Part shown: positions 41,233 to 50,188 of the stretch, in pieces
Numbering within the stretch: the first letter of the stretch is position 1
Layout: each line of letters opens with the position of its first letter
Assembly: GCA_945865375.1 (NCBI GenBank)
Contig: CAMBEJ010000007.1
Coordinates: 1,870 to 65,869 of the forward strand
Direction: 5' to 3'
From: Akkermansia muciniphila
GTDB taxonomy: Bacteria > Verrucomicrobiota > Verrucomicrobiia > Limisphaerales > F1-80-MAGS106
Length of the DNA stretch: 64,000 nucleotides
The notes under the pieces: generated by a model
Database searches by the model: none
Told to the model about the DNA's origin: nothing
Seen by the model: only the letters and a program-made list of their open reading frames with translations
Made by a program: the position numbers and the translations under genes

Positions 41233-41478
41233 TCACGACGATTTATCCGGCTCCAAAGCACGCTTCACAGCGATCAGAACATCTCCATTTTGTGGGAGCA
41301 AAAACCACCCTTTCTGAGCGATGATAAGGTCGCCAAGCAGAACCTTGTACTCACCCGTGGAACCATGCACAAGTTCCGCTTTGATACCCAATTGCTGCTG
41401 GAGGAGTGCGGCCAAACTGGCCGCACGTTCGCGATAAGACCCTCAGATCTTGCAATGGCGAATGGTCACCGTATTCAT
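41233..41478 (-). CDS. SelW/Rdx-family selenoprotein (81 codons, UGA-Sec at 41443-41445)
   Basis: ATG at 41478, in frame with the 60-aa track ORF, gives MNTVTIRHCKI-U-GSYRERAASLAALLQQQLGIKAELVHGSTGEYKVLLGDLIIAQKG.... This carries the CxxU redox motif and the Rdx-like layout, with a SECIS-like hairpin downstream. Confidence 0.7.
41406..41426 (-). promoter_or_regulatory. Bacterial SECIS-like hairpin
   Basis: On the mRNA: GUGCGGCCA-GUU-UGGCCGCAC, a perfect 9-bp stem with a 3-nt G-first loop, starting 16 nt after the in-frame UGA. Confidence 0.6.
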
Positions 41479-41516
41479 GGCGTTCAGGTTTGGAAAGTCT
41501 GAGTCGAGCTTGGTGA

Positions 41517-43127
41517 TTAGCTAAGTTTAAACTTTGAAATGGCGTCCCAAAGCCGGCTCACCGCCTCGGTCAATTGGTCTATGGCCACGTTGGATTGATT
41601 GGCCGCCTCGGCGATCTGCTGACCTGCCTCGCTCAAGTGCGACAAGGCTTCGCTGGTCTGGCGCGCTCCCGTGGCTTGTGCGTTCATGCCTCCGTTGACG
41701 CTTTCAAATCGGGGCGTCAGAGTCTGAACCTGAATGATGATCTCGTTCAGTTGAGTTCCTACCTGTGACACTTCAGTGACCCCCCGGCGCACTTCGTCAG
41801 AGAATTTGTCCATGCCCATCACTCCAGCTGCGACAGCCGATTGCATCTCTTTGACGGTCTGCTCAATGTCGTAGGTCGCCACCGCAGTTTGGTCGGCGAG
41901 ACGCCTGATTTCGGTCGCGACAACGGCAAAACCCCGGCCATACTCCCCTGCTTTTTCCGCTTCAATTGCCGCGTTTAACGAAAGCAGGTTGGTTTGATCC
42001 GCCACCTTCGTAATGGTCGCCACGACTTGATTGATATTCGCCGCCTTCTCATTCAGCACGTTCAGTTTATTGCTGATCGCGGAGGCAGCTTCGGTGATTT
42101 GTCGGATTGTGTGCTCCATTCTCGACAAGGCGGTCTGGCCTGTGTTCGCCAGGGCGGCCGTGTGCTCCGCAACTTTCGCAACCTCCGCCACGGACCGTTG
42201 AAGTTCAATGGATGTCGCCGCGATTTCCTTGGCAGTGGCTCCGATCTCCGTCGTGGTCGCGGCGATCTCGTTTGCGGTTGCCTGCTGCTCACGAGCCGTC
42301 GCCGAGATCTGCGTGAGCGATGTGTTCACCTGAATTCCAGAACGCTGAACCTGCCCCACAAGAACACCCAGATCATCGCACGTACGGTTCAACCCATCCG
42401 CAAGCACACTGAACTCATCCATTCCCTCCACCTTCATTTTTTGAGAAAAGTCCCCGCTCCTCAACCGCTGCATTGCCTCTCCCAGATCGCGAAGCGGCTT
42501 TTGGATTGAATTGTTCAGAGAACGCCCCAGCCACGCGCTCATGATAAGGATCAAAATAATGATCCCAAGACCCACCATCTGAGCTGCACTGGACCTATCG
42601 CTCTGCCGGACCGAGGCTTTCTCAACTCGAATGTTGAACTGAGTGACAAAACGATCCAGATGCTCGCGCGCCAAGAGATAGTCGGTCGCGTAAGTTTCCG
42701 CCGCGCCTGTAGGGTTCTTGTCAAGGAGCTTCATGACCTTCGTGACGGTGACGGTCAGATTCTTGTCATTGTAATCGCTGAGCACGTCCAGCGAGTTCTT
42801 CAGTTCTGATTCACCGGTCGCATCCACCGCCACCCGCATCTCCCTGATGGCTTTGCCCATGTCTGCGTCGCCTTGGCTTTTTCTGCTGTTTTCGACAGTA
42901 CTCCCGGGAGATAGCAAAAGGCCGCGAAGGGCGTCGCTCACCTGCAAAATGGCGTACTTGATCCGGGCAGCATTGAGCAGCAGCTTGTCACGGGTGGCAT
43001 TTGCTCGGAGTTCTTCTTGAGCGAATCGCCGTTCGATAAACCATGAAACGATCTGCCCCACCATCAACAGAGTGATGATCACGAGCAGGGTGGCGGAAAG
43101 CCGACGCGAAAGTGTCCAATTTTTCAT
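41517..43127 (-). CDS. Methyl-accepting chemotaxis protein (two TM, periplasmic helical sensor, HAMP, MA domain)
   Basis: Signalling hairpin motif EQQATANEIAATTTEIGATAKEIAATS...LLSLNAAIEAEKAGEYGRGFAVVATEIRRLADQT. Start moved to MKNWTLSRRL. Confidence 0.88.
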   Translation of the reverse strand: MKNWTLSRRLSATLLVIITLLMVGQIVSWFIERRFAQEELRANATRDKLLLNAARIKYAILQVSDALRGLLLSPGSTVENSRKSQGDADMGKAIREMRVAVDATGESELKNSLDVLSDYNDKNLTVTVTKVMKLLDKNPTGAAETYATDYLLAREHLDRFVTQFNIRVEKASVRQSDRSSAAQMVGLGIIILILIMSAWLGRSLNNSIQKPLRDLGEAMQRLRSGDFSQKMKVEGMDEFSVLADGLNRTCDDLGVLVGQVQRSGIQVNTSLTQISATAREQQATANEIAATTTEIGATAKEIAATSIELQRSVAEVAKVAEHTAALANTGQTALSRMEHTIRQITEAASAISNKLNVLNEKAANINQVVATITKVADQTNLLSLNAAIEAEKAGEYGRGFAVVATEIRRLADQTAVATYDIEQTVKEMQSAVAAGVMGMDKFSDEVRRGVTEVSQVGTQLNEIIIQVQTLTPRFESVNGGMNAQATGARQTSEALSHLSEAGQQIAEAANQSNVAIDQLTEAVSRLWDAISKFKLS

Positions 43128-43195
43128 TGCTGAAGTGTGTGCAACGAACTCATGATAGGCGAACCTCGGGGCGCACACAAGCCAAGAGAACAAAA

Positions 43196-46100
43196 TCAAC
43201 GTTTTGGGGTGATCACCCTGTAAAAGCCCGCCTGACGGATGTCCCAACGGACCCCGCGAGCTTGCTTGGAACTTCCTACTGCCGAATTCAACTCCCATGT
43301 TCCAACGTCCGCGGCATCCCTTCGTTCGATGGAGTAGCTCTTGCCAGGCTGGGCGATGAACTCCACGGACACCGCTCCGTTTGAGTTCAACGTCCAGGAT
43401 AATCGGAGTGTGCTCTCCCGCAGAAAAGGATCCGTCCCCGCCAGAAACTCCTGAAGATTGGTCATGCCGTCCTTGTCCTCATCCAATGAGGCGTCGGCCG
43501 CTTCCGCCGGGTTCAAGCCATGCGCGCGTTCCCAATCGTCGGGGATCCCATCCTTATCCGCATCCAATTCCTCCACGATCCGAGTATTTTTCCCAGGAGT
43601 CGGCACCGCAGCCAACCAATTCCGTGGTTCATTCCCGAAGCCTGTGAGGGACAGGCGCTGCAAAGATCGGGTTTGATCGACCGCTCCAAAGGGCCAGGGT
43701 GACGCTGCGGAGTACGCAATTCTTTCGACCAGTATGGCGGGCACGAATCCTGCATCGGGATGCGGCGGCTGTTGCGGCGGGTCGGGTTTATAGAGTTCCA
43801 AGGAATCGCCGTCGTTGTTGAGTTTGCCTTTGAACGGACCCAGGATCTGTGTTCCGGTTGGGATCGCATATTGACGACGGAACTCACTCAGCAAAGCCGG
43901 GTTGGCAGCCGGATCGAAACCGACCACCAACAGGAACTCCCCTGCCCCCAGGACCGTGGCACCGGGGAACTCAAATTCGATCGCATTGGCCAGTTTCCAA
44001 CGGTTACCCGGGACGGCTGGATCGAACAAAGCCACGGTGGCTGACAAAGGATTATACAACTCAATGAACTCAGGCCCCGCCGATGGCGCGGTGCCAACCG
44101 TGACATCGCTCGCGGAGTAATGAATCTCTGAAATGACGAGTGGCCCGACCTTGGGAGAACTGTTCAACCCACCTCTGCCCAAACGAAATTGCTGGAGCGT
44201 TTGGGGCGTATCAACCCCAAATGAGCGCCGATCCATCGCCACAAATTGCGGGCCAACCGACGTTTCATATCTCCCGAAAGAAACCCCGTTCTCCGAGGCG
44301 CCAAAGGGCATGCGAAGTCTGAGCCCGGTGAAATTGCCCGCCGCATCGGCGGACGACAAGATGGCCTCATCACCATGCGCGGCGTTGAAGGTGAAATCGT
44401 TCGCCGAATCCGTGCTCCGGTTAAATGCAAACTCGTAGAGGACGAGGAATGCGCCCGGAGCCAGGACTGTTCCGTCTGGGATGCGGTATTTTCGAAAGTT
44501 CTTGGGAGCATTGCTCAAGAACCATCCGCTGATGTCAAGAGGCTCCTGTCCCGTGTTCGCGAGCTCGAGAGCATCTTCCAGTGGGGGGTCGGTATGCGCC
44601 AGCACCTCGCTGACAACGAGGCCCGGGGGCAAAGCATAGTTCGCCTCACCCGGACTTCCGCTCCCCGGAAATGCAAGAATCCGCGCGCCGCCATCGGGGA
44701 GACGACCTTGCGAAACACCGATGGCCTGGGAACCGAAGTCCACGGAATCAAGGACTTGAAGGCTCTTGCTTGAGAGCCGGATGGCCCCTCCCAATTCGTC
44801 CAAGTTAAAGCGGAGATGGTTTGGCCCCAGATCGGTTCGTCCGTCCGCTTCGAACACGACCCATCCTCCGGCAGTAATAAAGCTCAAAGACCCGATGACA
44901 AAGTTCGTTTGCCCCGCGATGGAGGGGTTGTCGGTGAGAGCCAATCCTTCCATGTTCAGTGGGGATGTGTCCGAGTTGTAAATCTCCAGCCAGCCCGTTC
45001 CTGACCGAGGTGCCGCCATCCATTCGTTGAGACGGAGCTTGGAGAGGTCTCCTAGGGCTGGAGCGGTGGCATTCGAAGCGCCGGGCGTGGGGTTCGATAG
45101 CAATCCCCAGGCACCATTTGATTTGCCAATGGAAAGGTCCGTGATTTGGAATCCAAAATTCACTGAGTCGACCAACTGATCCGACACATTGAACAAAAAC
45201 AACCCGCCCCCGGAAGGAAGCAAACCGCGACCCAAATGTGGCATATCCAAAACCTTTGTGGATTCGGCTGCGCCGGGATCACAACGGAGCACGAGAAACC
45301 CACCGGCCTGGATCTTCGAACCAGCGGGGAACACCCATTGGCCTGGATTTTTTTCGTTCACGCTCATGCTCATTCCGCTCAAGTCGAAAGCGATGGCTTT
45401 GGGGTTGTATAACTCGACCCACGCCACGGTGCCTGCGTTTGGCAATTTAAACGCTTCCGGTGAAACAAGGACCTCGTTCAACAAAGGGCCATCGTATCCG
45501 GTGAGATAGTTCTTGGCTCCGGGGCTCGCACTCGAAGTGAATCTCTGAATGGCTCCCGTTCCATCCGGGATGCGACCCTCGGAAACACCCTCCATCTGTG
45601 AACCGTAGGTGAGGGTTGAAGCCAGGCTTCCAAGGGAATCGTGGATGACAAGGCTACCCCCGGCCGCTGGCAACTTGAAATCAAGATTCTCAGGCCCGCT
45701 TCCTTCGTCGGCAAAGAGCTGAACAAAGCCTGAGGGCAGCACCACGATGTGGCTCATGATGCGTTCCGTCACAGTGCTTGTCCCCAAATACATGCCAAAA
45801 AGATCTACAGGGAATTGCTTGTCCGAATTGTAGAGTTCGAGCCAATCCGGCTCCCCCGTTATCGCGTTAGCCAGGTACTCATTGATGATCAAGCCGCTTT
45901 GAGACCCCACCTGAGCGGCTTCGTTTGGACCTCCAGGAGTCGGCTTCGCCATCGCCCATCCACCCTCGGCGGAGCGGATTCGGCCCAGGGACACATCAGC
46001 GATCTGAGGTCCGAAGCGCAAGCCGTCCACACGGTTCGTTTTCGAGTCATAAAGAGAGATCGAATCCCCTTTCTTGCTCAGCGCGAAGCCCGTATGGAAC

Positions 46101-49100
46101 CCGGGAGCGAGCGTGTCGGTGTCGCACCACACGACGAGATAGCCGCCCGCTGGGATGCGAGAGCCGGCTGGAAAGAGGAACTTCCGCGGATTGGTCCCGT
46201 CAGAAAGGCTCCATCCGGTCAGGTCCACACCCGACGTGGTCAGGTTCCTCAGCTCAGCCCAGTCGGAGCGCGTGCCCGCGTTCACCACACCGGAGAGGTT
46301 CTCGGTCAAAATTTCATTCAAGACGATCGTTTCCGAAGGTTTCGAATCGTTGACCAGCCCTGGGCTTCCGCCGTTTAGCGCGCTGGCCTGCCAACTGTTC
46401 GGATCGTTTGGATCGCCGCTTTCGGTAAGCAACTCAAGGGAATACCCCAGGCCGTCCGCTGCCGTTGGCCAACCCTGGCTGTCCTTGTAGTCGACGGAGC
46501 CAACAATATTCCCATTCCGATCTTTCAAGGAGAGCTTCTCACCGCCGTTGGACAAAGTGCCCCCGTAACGGTCGAACACGGCCACCCCAGGGTAGCGCTG
46601 GCTGAACAAGGCAGGGTTCAGTGAGGAGCTCAAGACGATTTTGGCACCGGGAGCCAGCGAACCAGCAGTCTCCGAGAACCGGTAGTCGATCCCTCCAAAG
46701 TTCAGGCCCGCAAGCGGCGCTGGAGCGCGACCGGTGTTGGCCAGTTCCACAAACTCAAAAGCATCCCCCCCGGGTGGGTTATACAGGATCTCGCTGATCC
46801 GAATGGGGGTGCCCAACTCCTCCACCTGGAAGGATGCCTCCACCAAAGCGCTCCAGTTCGTGCCCGCGAGCGCCCTGGCTTTGATCTGTAACGATTCGGT
46901 CAAAACCGGCGGGGCCGCAGGGAGATAACCGATCGCGTTGCTGGAGACCGTCGCCAGTATGGGAACACGCGGGTCTGTTCCGTTGACCGTGAAATAAATA
47001 GTCCCTTCCAGGTTCGTCATCACCAGTGGAAAGCCCGAGGCAACACGCCCGCCGAATTGGATGAGGGCAGGCGCGTTCGAGGACATCAAGAGTTTCGCAG
47101 CATTCATGTGGTTCATGATGTTCTTGCGACGGTTGGCAAGCCAGGAGGTCGAAAGCGGGCTCCTGAACCCGGATATCGTAGTGCCCATCTCCGCTCTCTG
47201 TTCCTCGGCGCGAGCCTTGATGCGCTCGTCCGTCAGGGCTCCTCCATTGAAATACTGTTTGTGAACACGGTCCGCGAAGAGTTGACGAAACTCGGCACTC
47301 AGTTTCAACCGCTTATAAAACGTCGCAATTTCGGAATCGCCTCCCAATTCCGTGGTCAGGGTGTTGTTGCCGACCGATCTCCCCTGGTTTTCGAACGCCC
47401 ACTCCGCATCCCAGATGTAGAAGCGATATTTTCCGCCGAGCACACGCTCCTTCGCGGCGCGCCAGTTGTTGTGCGGCCAGTCCCCCGTCCCGGCATAGAT
47501 GTTTGCCAGCAGATAATCCACGTAGTTGACGAGGTCCAAGCGCTTGGAGATCTCCGTGTAAATGGCGGGGTCGGCCGGCCCTTTGCCGCTGCTCACCATG
47601 GTTTTTAAACTGTTCCAGGCTGTTCCATCCCCCTCGCGGACCTCTCCCCCTTGCGCGATCACGTCCCATTTACCACGGCCTCCGTGCCAAGACTTCAGGA
47701 ACCCCTCATCAATCCGCTCCGTGGGGTTGTAATATCCCTTGTATTGACCGTTTAAAAATAGATGCACGTACATGCCATGGCTCGAAGGCTGGCCTGTGTC
47801 CCCGTAAACTCGCCGCACCAGCTCATCCACCACAAACGGATTCGTCGGATCGTTCATGCCCGCACGCAACACCAGGCTGTCAAACGACGTCACAGGAATG
47901 CCATGAATCAATCGGTAATTCAGCCGTCCCGAGCCGTAATCGCCACGAAAATAAAGTCGGAAAGAATATTTTCCCGCCGGAGGGGCCGAGCCTCGATAGT
48001 TATAAAGCCCCCGGATGTAGGCGCCCCCTTGCACCCTCAATCCCGCCTCCAAAGCGAACCCCTCCTCCCCATCAGGCCGGATATACTCCACAGAAACCGG
48101 GCGCTCCCAGGCGAGGCCGTGTTTCGTGGTGTTACGAGGGCTAGACTCCATGATCCCCGTGGCACCGTATAAGTTATTCGTTGCTGTGGTCAGAGAGATG
48201 ACGGGAATGTTCCGCCGATTTTGCGGCAGGCCATACAGATAGGTATGCGTGGACGCACGCGAAGGAAGGAGATTGTCAGCGAACCCTGCGGCGCGTAGCA
48301 CCCGCGTGGAGCTGATCTGGATGGGGTCCGTATAGAGCACCCCGTTGGTTGCGGATGGTAAACTGCCGTTTGTCGTATAGCGAATCGTCGATCCCTGAGT
48401 GGCGGTCGACAATGAAACCGCGAAAGGCGAGTTGAAATAGCCTCTTTTCACACTGAAATGAATCGCCTCAACCGACCCAGTGATCACGCTCAATGGGTTC
48501 GGCGCTCCGGGGGTGCCCTTCGAATAAAATCGCCAGCTCCCGCCGGGATCTCGCCCGTAAGAAAAGTCCGGGCGCTGCTCAGGGCGGCTTCCATCCACGG
48601 AGCTGACCTCGAGCCTCGGGGAATCGGCGCTGTAGAGCCCTATGAATTCCCCCGCACCGAGCTTAAAGTTTGTGTGCAACTTTCCATTGACTGTGACCGG
48701 GGTCCGATTCTTCGCTGAAGCAAACACCACGAGATACTTCTTCGCCGCTAACGTGATCGCTGGAAAAATCCATCTCCCGGGATCCTCCTTGTCATCGGTC
48801 AAACTCCATCCACCGAGCGACGTGGCCGAATCGCCCCGGTTGTAGATCTCGATCCAATCAGGCGTATCCTGTTCCTCGTCTTTGAGCCCAGTCCCGTTCT
48901 CCTCCATAAATTCCGTGATCACCAAATCGGGGAGCGGCGCGCTGGGATCGTAGAGGGCACGCCAGGATGCCCCTTGAAAGCGGTTTCCTGATTCATCCCG
49001 GATCTGGTGGCTTGGGGCCCATGAAAACGCCACCTCGCCCGGGCTAGGTGCAATAAAGTGAAAAACATAGGGCCCCGCACCCGCGCCGGTCAGCTCTGTA

Positions 49101-50185
49101 GCCGTCCGTCCGTTTATAAGAAGATCCGTGGGCTTGATCGCGAACACAGGCTCATTAAAGAGCACCTCCACCTCACTCAACTGACGCACGGTCACAGACG
49201 CTGCGGGACGCGTCGCATTCACAACAGGCCCGTCCGGATCCGCAAGCTCGTAAAGCCATACCGAACCCGCTGCATCGCCGTTGAATCCATTCGGGGGCGT
49301 CGCCAGATCCGTAATCCCGTGGGCGGTGTTCCAAAAGCACTGAATCGATCCGATTGAGGGCGCTTCAAAACTGAACGTGTAAGCACGCTCCGAACCCACA
49401 ACCGCCGTGGCCGGCGCGCCGTTCACAAAAAAATCACTAGCGTCCACACCTCTGACGGACTCCGAGAACTCGACGGAAACCGAGGTCAGCGAAGAAACCA
49501 CACCCGGCGCTGGGGACACTTTGACAATGGTCGGAGGAATCTGCTCCCTTTCTACAGCGCGCAGTTGCGCATCGAAAACGATGTCGCTGCTCGTTAAATT
49601 CACATTGAACACTTGGATCGCCAACACGTTTTCGCCCTCAATGAGAGCCAAAACCCCCGTTGAAAGCTCATACTCGGTCATCTGGACAGGCTCTGCCGCG
49701 TTGGCGGACGCAAGCGAGTTGAACAAAGGTTCTCCCCCTGGCGAGGACAAACTCGCAATTCGAACCCCGTTGATCCACGCGATGAAACCGTCGTCGCAAA
49801 CCGCCGAAAAAGCCAGGGATGCCACATCGCTCAGCTTGGTCACCATGAACTTCCGCCTTAAAAACACCGTGGAATAAGCGTTCGACATGTCTGACAGAAG
49901 CGTGCCGGGGACCAGCGCTTCACCATAATAAAACGGGGCGGCTCCCGTGAGCCAATTGGAGTCGTTGAACGCGCGGCTCCGCCAAGCGGCCTCGTCCGGC
50001 AGCGAAGCCTCGGTCTTACCCTTAAAATAGCGCCAAACCGCATTGGTCGAGACCAGCTCCGTGGCCAGGACATCCCACGACGGACCAAGAAGCAAGCACG
50101 CAGTCAGAGCCGCCCACAGATCGCGGCGCCTCCCAACGTTGCCGCGCGTCCCTCTCACACAACCGTCCAACAATTTTTTAATCAT
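43196..50185 (-). CDS. Giant secreted CotH-kinase-family protein with about eight lamin-tail domains (2329 aa)
   Basis: Signal peptide, N-terminal jelly-roll-like domain and two Ig-like domains. CotH region (...HNNWRAAKE...FYIWDAEWAF). Eight LTD-like segments (e.g. DWIEIYN, DWLELYN, AWVELYN, GWLEIYN, EFIELYN). TSP3-like repeat and a C-terminal beta-domain ending GFYRVITPKR. Confidence 0.8.
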   Translation of the reverse strand: MIKKLLDGCVRGTRGNVGRRRDLWAALTACLLLGPSWDVLATELVSTNAVWRYFKGKTEASLPDEAAWRSRAFNDSNWLTGAAPFYYGEALVPGTLLSDMSNAYSTVFLRRKFMVTKLSDVASLAFSAVCDDGFIAWINGVRIASLSSPGGEPLFNSLASANAAEPVQMTEYELSTGVLALIEGENVLAIQVFNVNLTSSDIVFDAQLRAVEREQIPPTIVKVSPAPGVVSSLTSVSVEFSESVRGVDASDFFVNGAPATAVVGSERAYTFSFEAPSIGSIQCFWNTAHGITDLATPPNGFNGDAAGSVWLYELADPDGPVVNATRPAASVTVRQLSEVEVLFNEPVFAIKPTDLLINGRTATELTGAGAGPYVFHFIAPSPGEVAFSWAPSHQIRDESGNRFQGASWRALYDPSAPLPDLVITEFMEENGTGLKDEEQDTPDWIEIYNRGDSATSLGGWSLTDDKEDPGRWIFPAITLAAKKYLVVFASAKNRTPVTVNGKLHTNFKLGAGEFIGLYSADSPRLEVSSVDGSRPEQRPDFSYGRDPGGSWRFYSKGTPGAPNPLSVITGSVEAIHFSVKRGYFNSPFAVSLSTATQGSTIRYTTNGSLPSATNGVLYTDPIQISSTRVLRAAGFADNLLPSRASTHTYLYGLPQNRRNIPVISLTTATNNLYGATGIMESSPRNTTKHGLAWERPVSVEYIRPDGEEGFALEAGLRVQGGAYIRGLYNYRGSAPPAGKYSFRLYFRGDYGSGRLNYRLIHGIPVTSFDSLVLRAGMNDPTNPFVVDELVRRVYGDTGQPSSHGMYVHLFLNGQYKGYYNPTERIDEGFLKSWHGGRGKWDVIAQGGEVREGDGTAWNSLKTMVSSGKGPADPAIYTEISKRLDLVNYVDYLLANIYAGTGDWPHNNWRAAKERVLGGKYRFYIWDAEWAFENQGRSVGNNTLTTELGGDSEIATFYKRLKLSAEFRQLFADRVHKQYFNGGALTDERIKARAEEQRAEMGTTISGFRSPLSTSWLANRRKNIMNHMNAAKLLMSSNAPALIQFGGRVASGFPLVMTNLEGTIYFTVNGTDPRVPILATVSSNAIGYLPAAPPVLTESLQIKARALAGTNWSALVEASFQVEELGTPIRISEILYNPPGGDAFEFVELANTGRAPAPLAGLNFGGIDYRFSETAGSLAPGAKIVLSSSLNPALFSQRYPGVAVFDRYGGTLSNGGEKLSLKDRNGNIVGSVDYKDSQGWPTAADGLGYSLELLTESGDPNDPNSWQASALNGGSPGLVNDSKPSETIVLNEILTENLSGVVNAGTRSDWAELRNLTTSGVDLTGWSLSDGTNPRKFLFPAGSRIPAGGYLVVWCDTDTLAPGFHTGFALSKKGDSISLYDSKTNRVDGLRFGPQIADVSLGRIRSAEGGWAMAKPTPGGPNEAAQVGSQSGLIINEYLANAITGEPDWLELYNSDKQFPVDLFGMYLGTSTVTERIMSHIVVLPSGFVQLFADEGSGPENLDFKLPAAGGSLVIHDSLGSLASTLTYGSQMEGVSEGRIPDGTGAIQRFTSSASPGAKNYLTGYDGPLLNEVLVSPEAFKLPNAGTVAWVELYNPKAIAFDLSGMSMSVNEKNPGQWVFPAGSKIQAGGFLVLRCDPGAAESTKVLDMPHLGRGLLPSGGGLFLFNVSDQLVDSVNFGFQITDLSIGKSNGAWGLLSNPTPGASNATAPALGDLSKLRLNEWMAAPRSGTGWLEIYNSDTSPLNMEGLALTDNPSIAGQTNFVIGSLSFITAGGWVVFEADGRTDLGPNHLRFNLDELGGAIRLSSKSLQVLDSVDFGSQAIGVSQGRLPDGGARILAFPGSGSPGEANYALPPGLVVSEVLAHTDPPLEDALELANTGQEPLDISGWFLSNAPKNFRKYRIPDGTVLAPGAFLVLYEFAFNRSTDSANDFTFNAAHGDEAILSSADAAGNFTGLRLRMPFGASENGVSFGRYETSVGPQFVAMDRRSFGVDTPQTLQQFRLGRGGLNSSPKVGPLVISEIHYSASDVTVGTAPSAGPEFIELYNPLSATVALFDPAVPGNRWKLANAIEFEFPGATVLGAGEFLLVVGFDPAANPALLSEFRRQYAIPTGTQILGPFKGKLNNDGDSLELYKPDPPQQPPHPDAGFVPAILVERIAYSAASPWPFGAVDQTRSLQRLSLTGFGNEPRNWLAAVPTPGKNTRIVEELDADKDGIPDDWERAHGLNPAEAADASLDEDKDGMTNLQEFLAGTDPFLRESTLRLSWTLNSNGAVSVEFIAQPGKSYSIERRDAADVGTWELNSAVGSSKQARGVRWDIRQAGFYRVITPKR

Positions 50186-50188
50186 AGA

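Noticed and set aside
41071-41502. 143-aa plus-strand ORF across the selW-like locus
   Set aside because: Antisense to the Rdx-like frame, low-complexity and without motifs. The minus-strand reading has family-level support.
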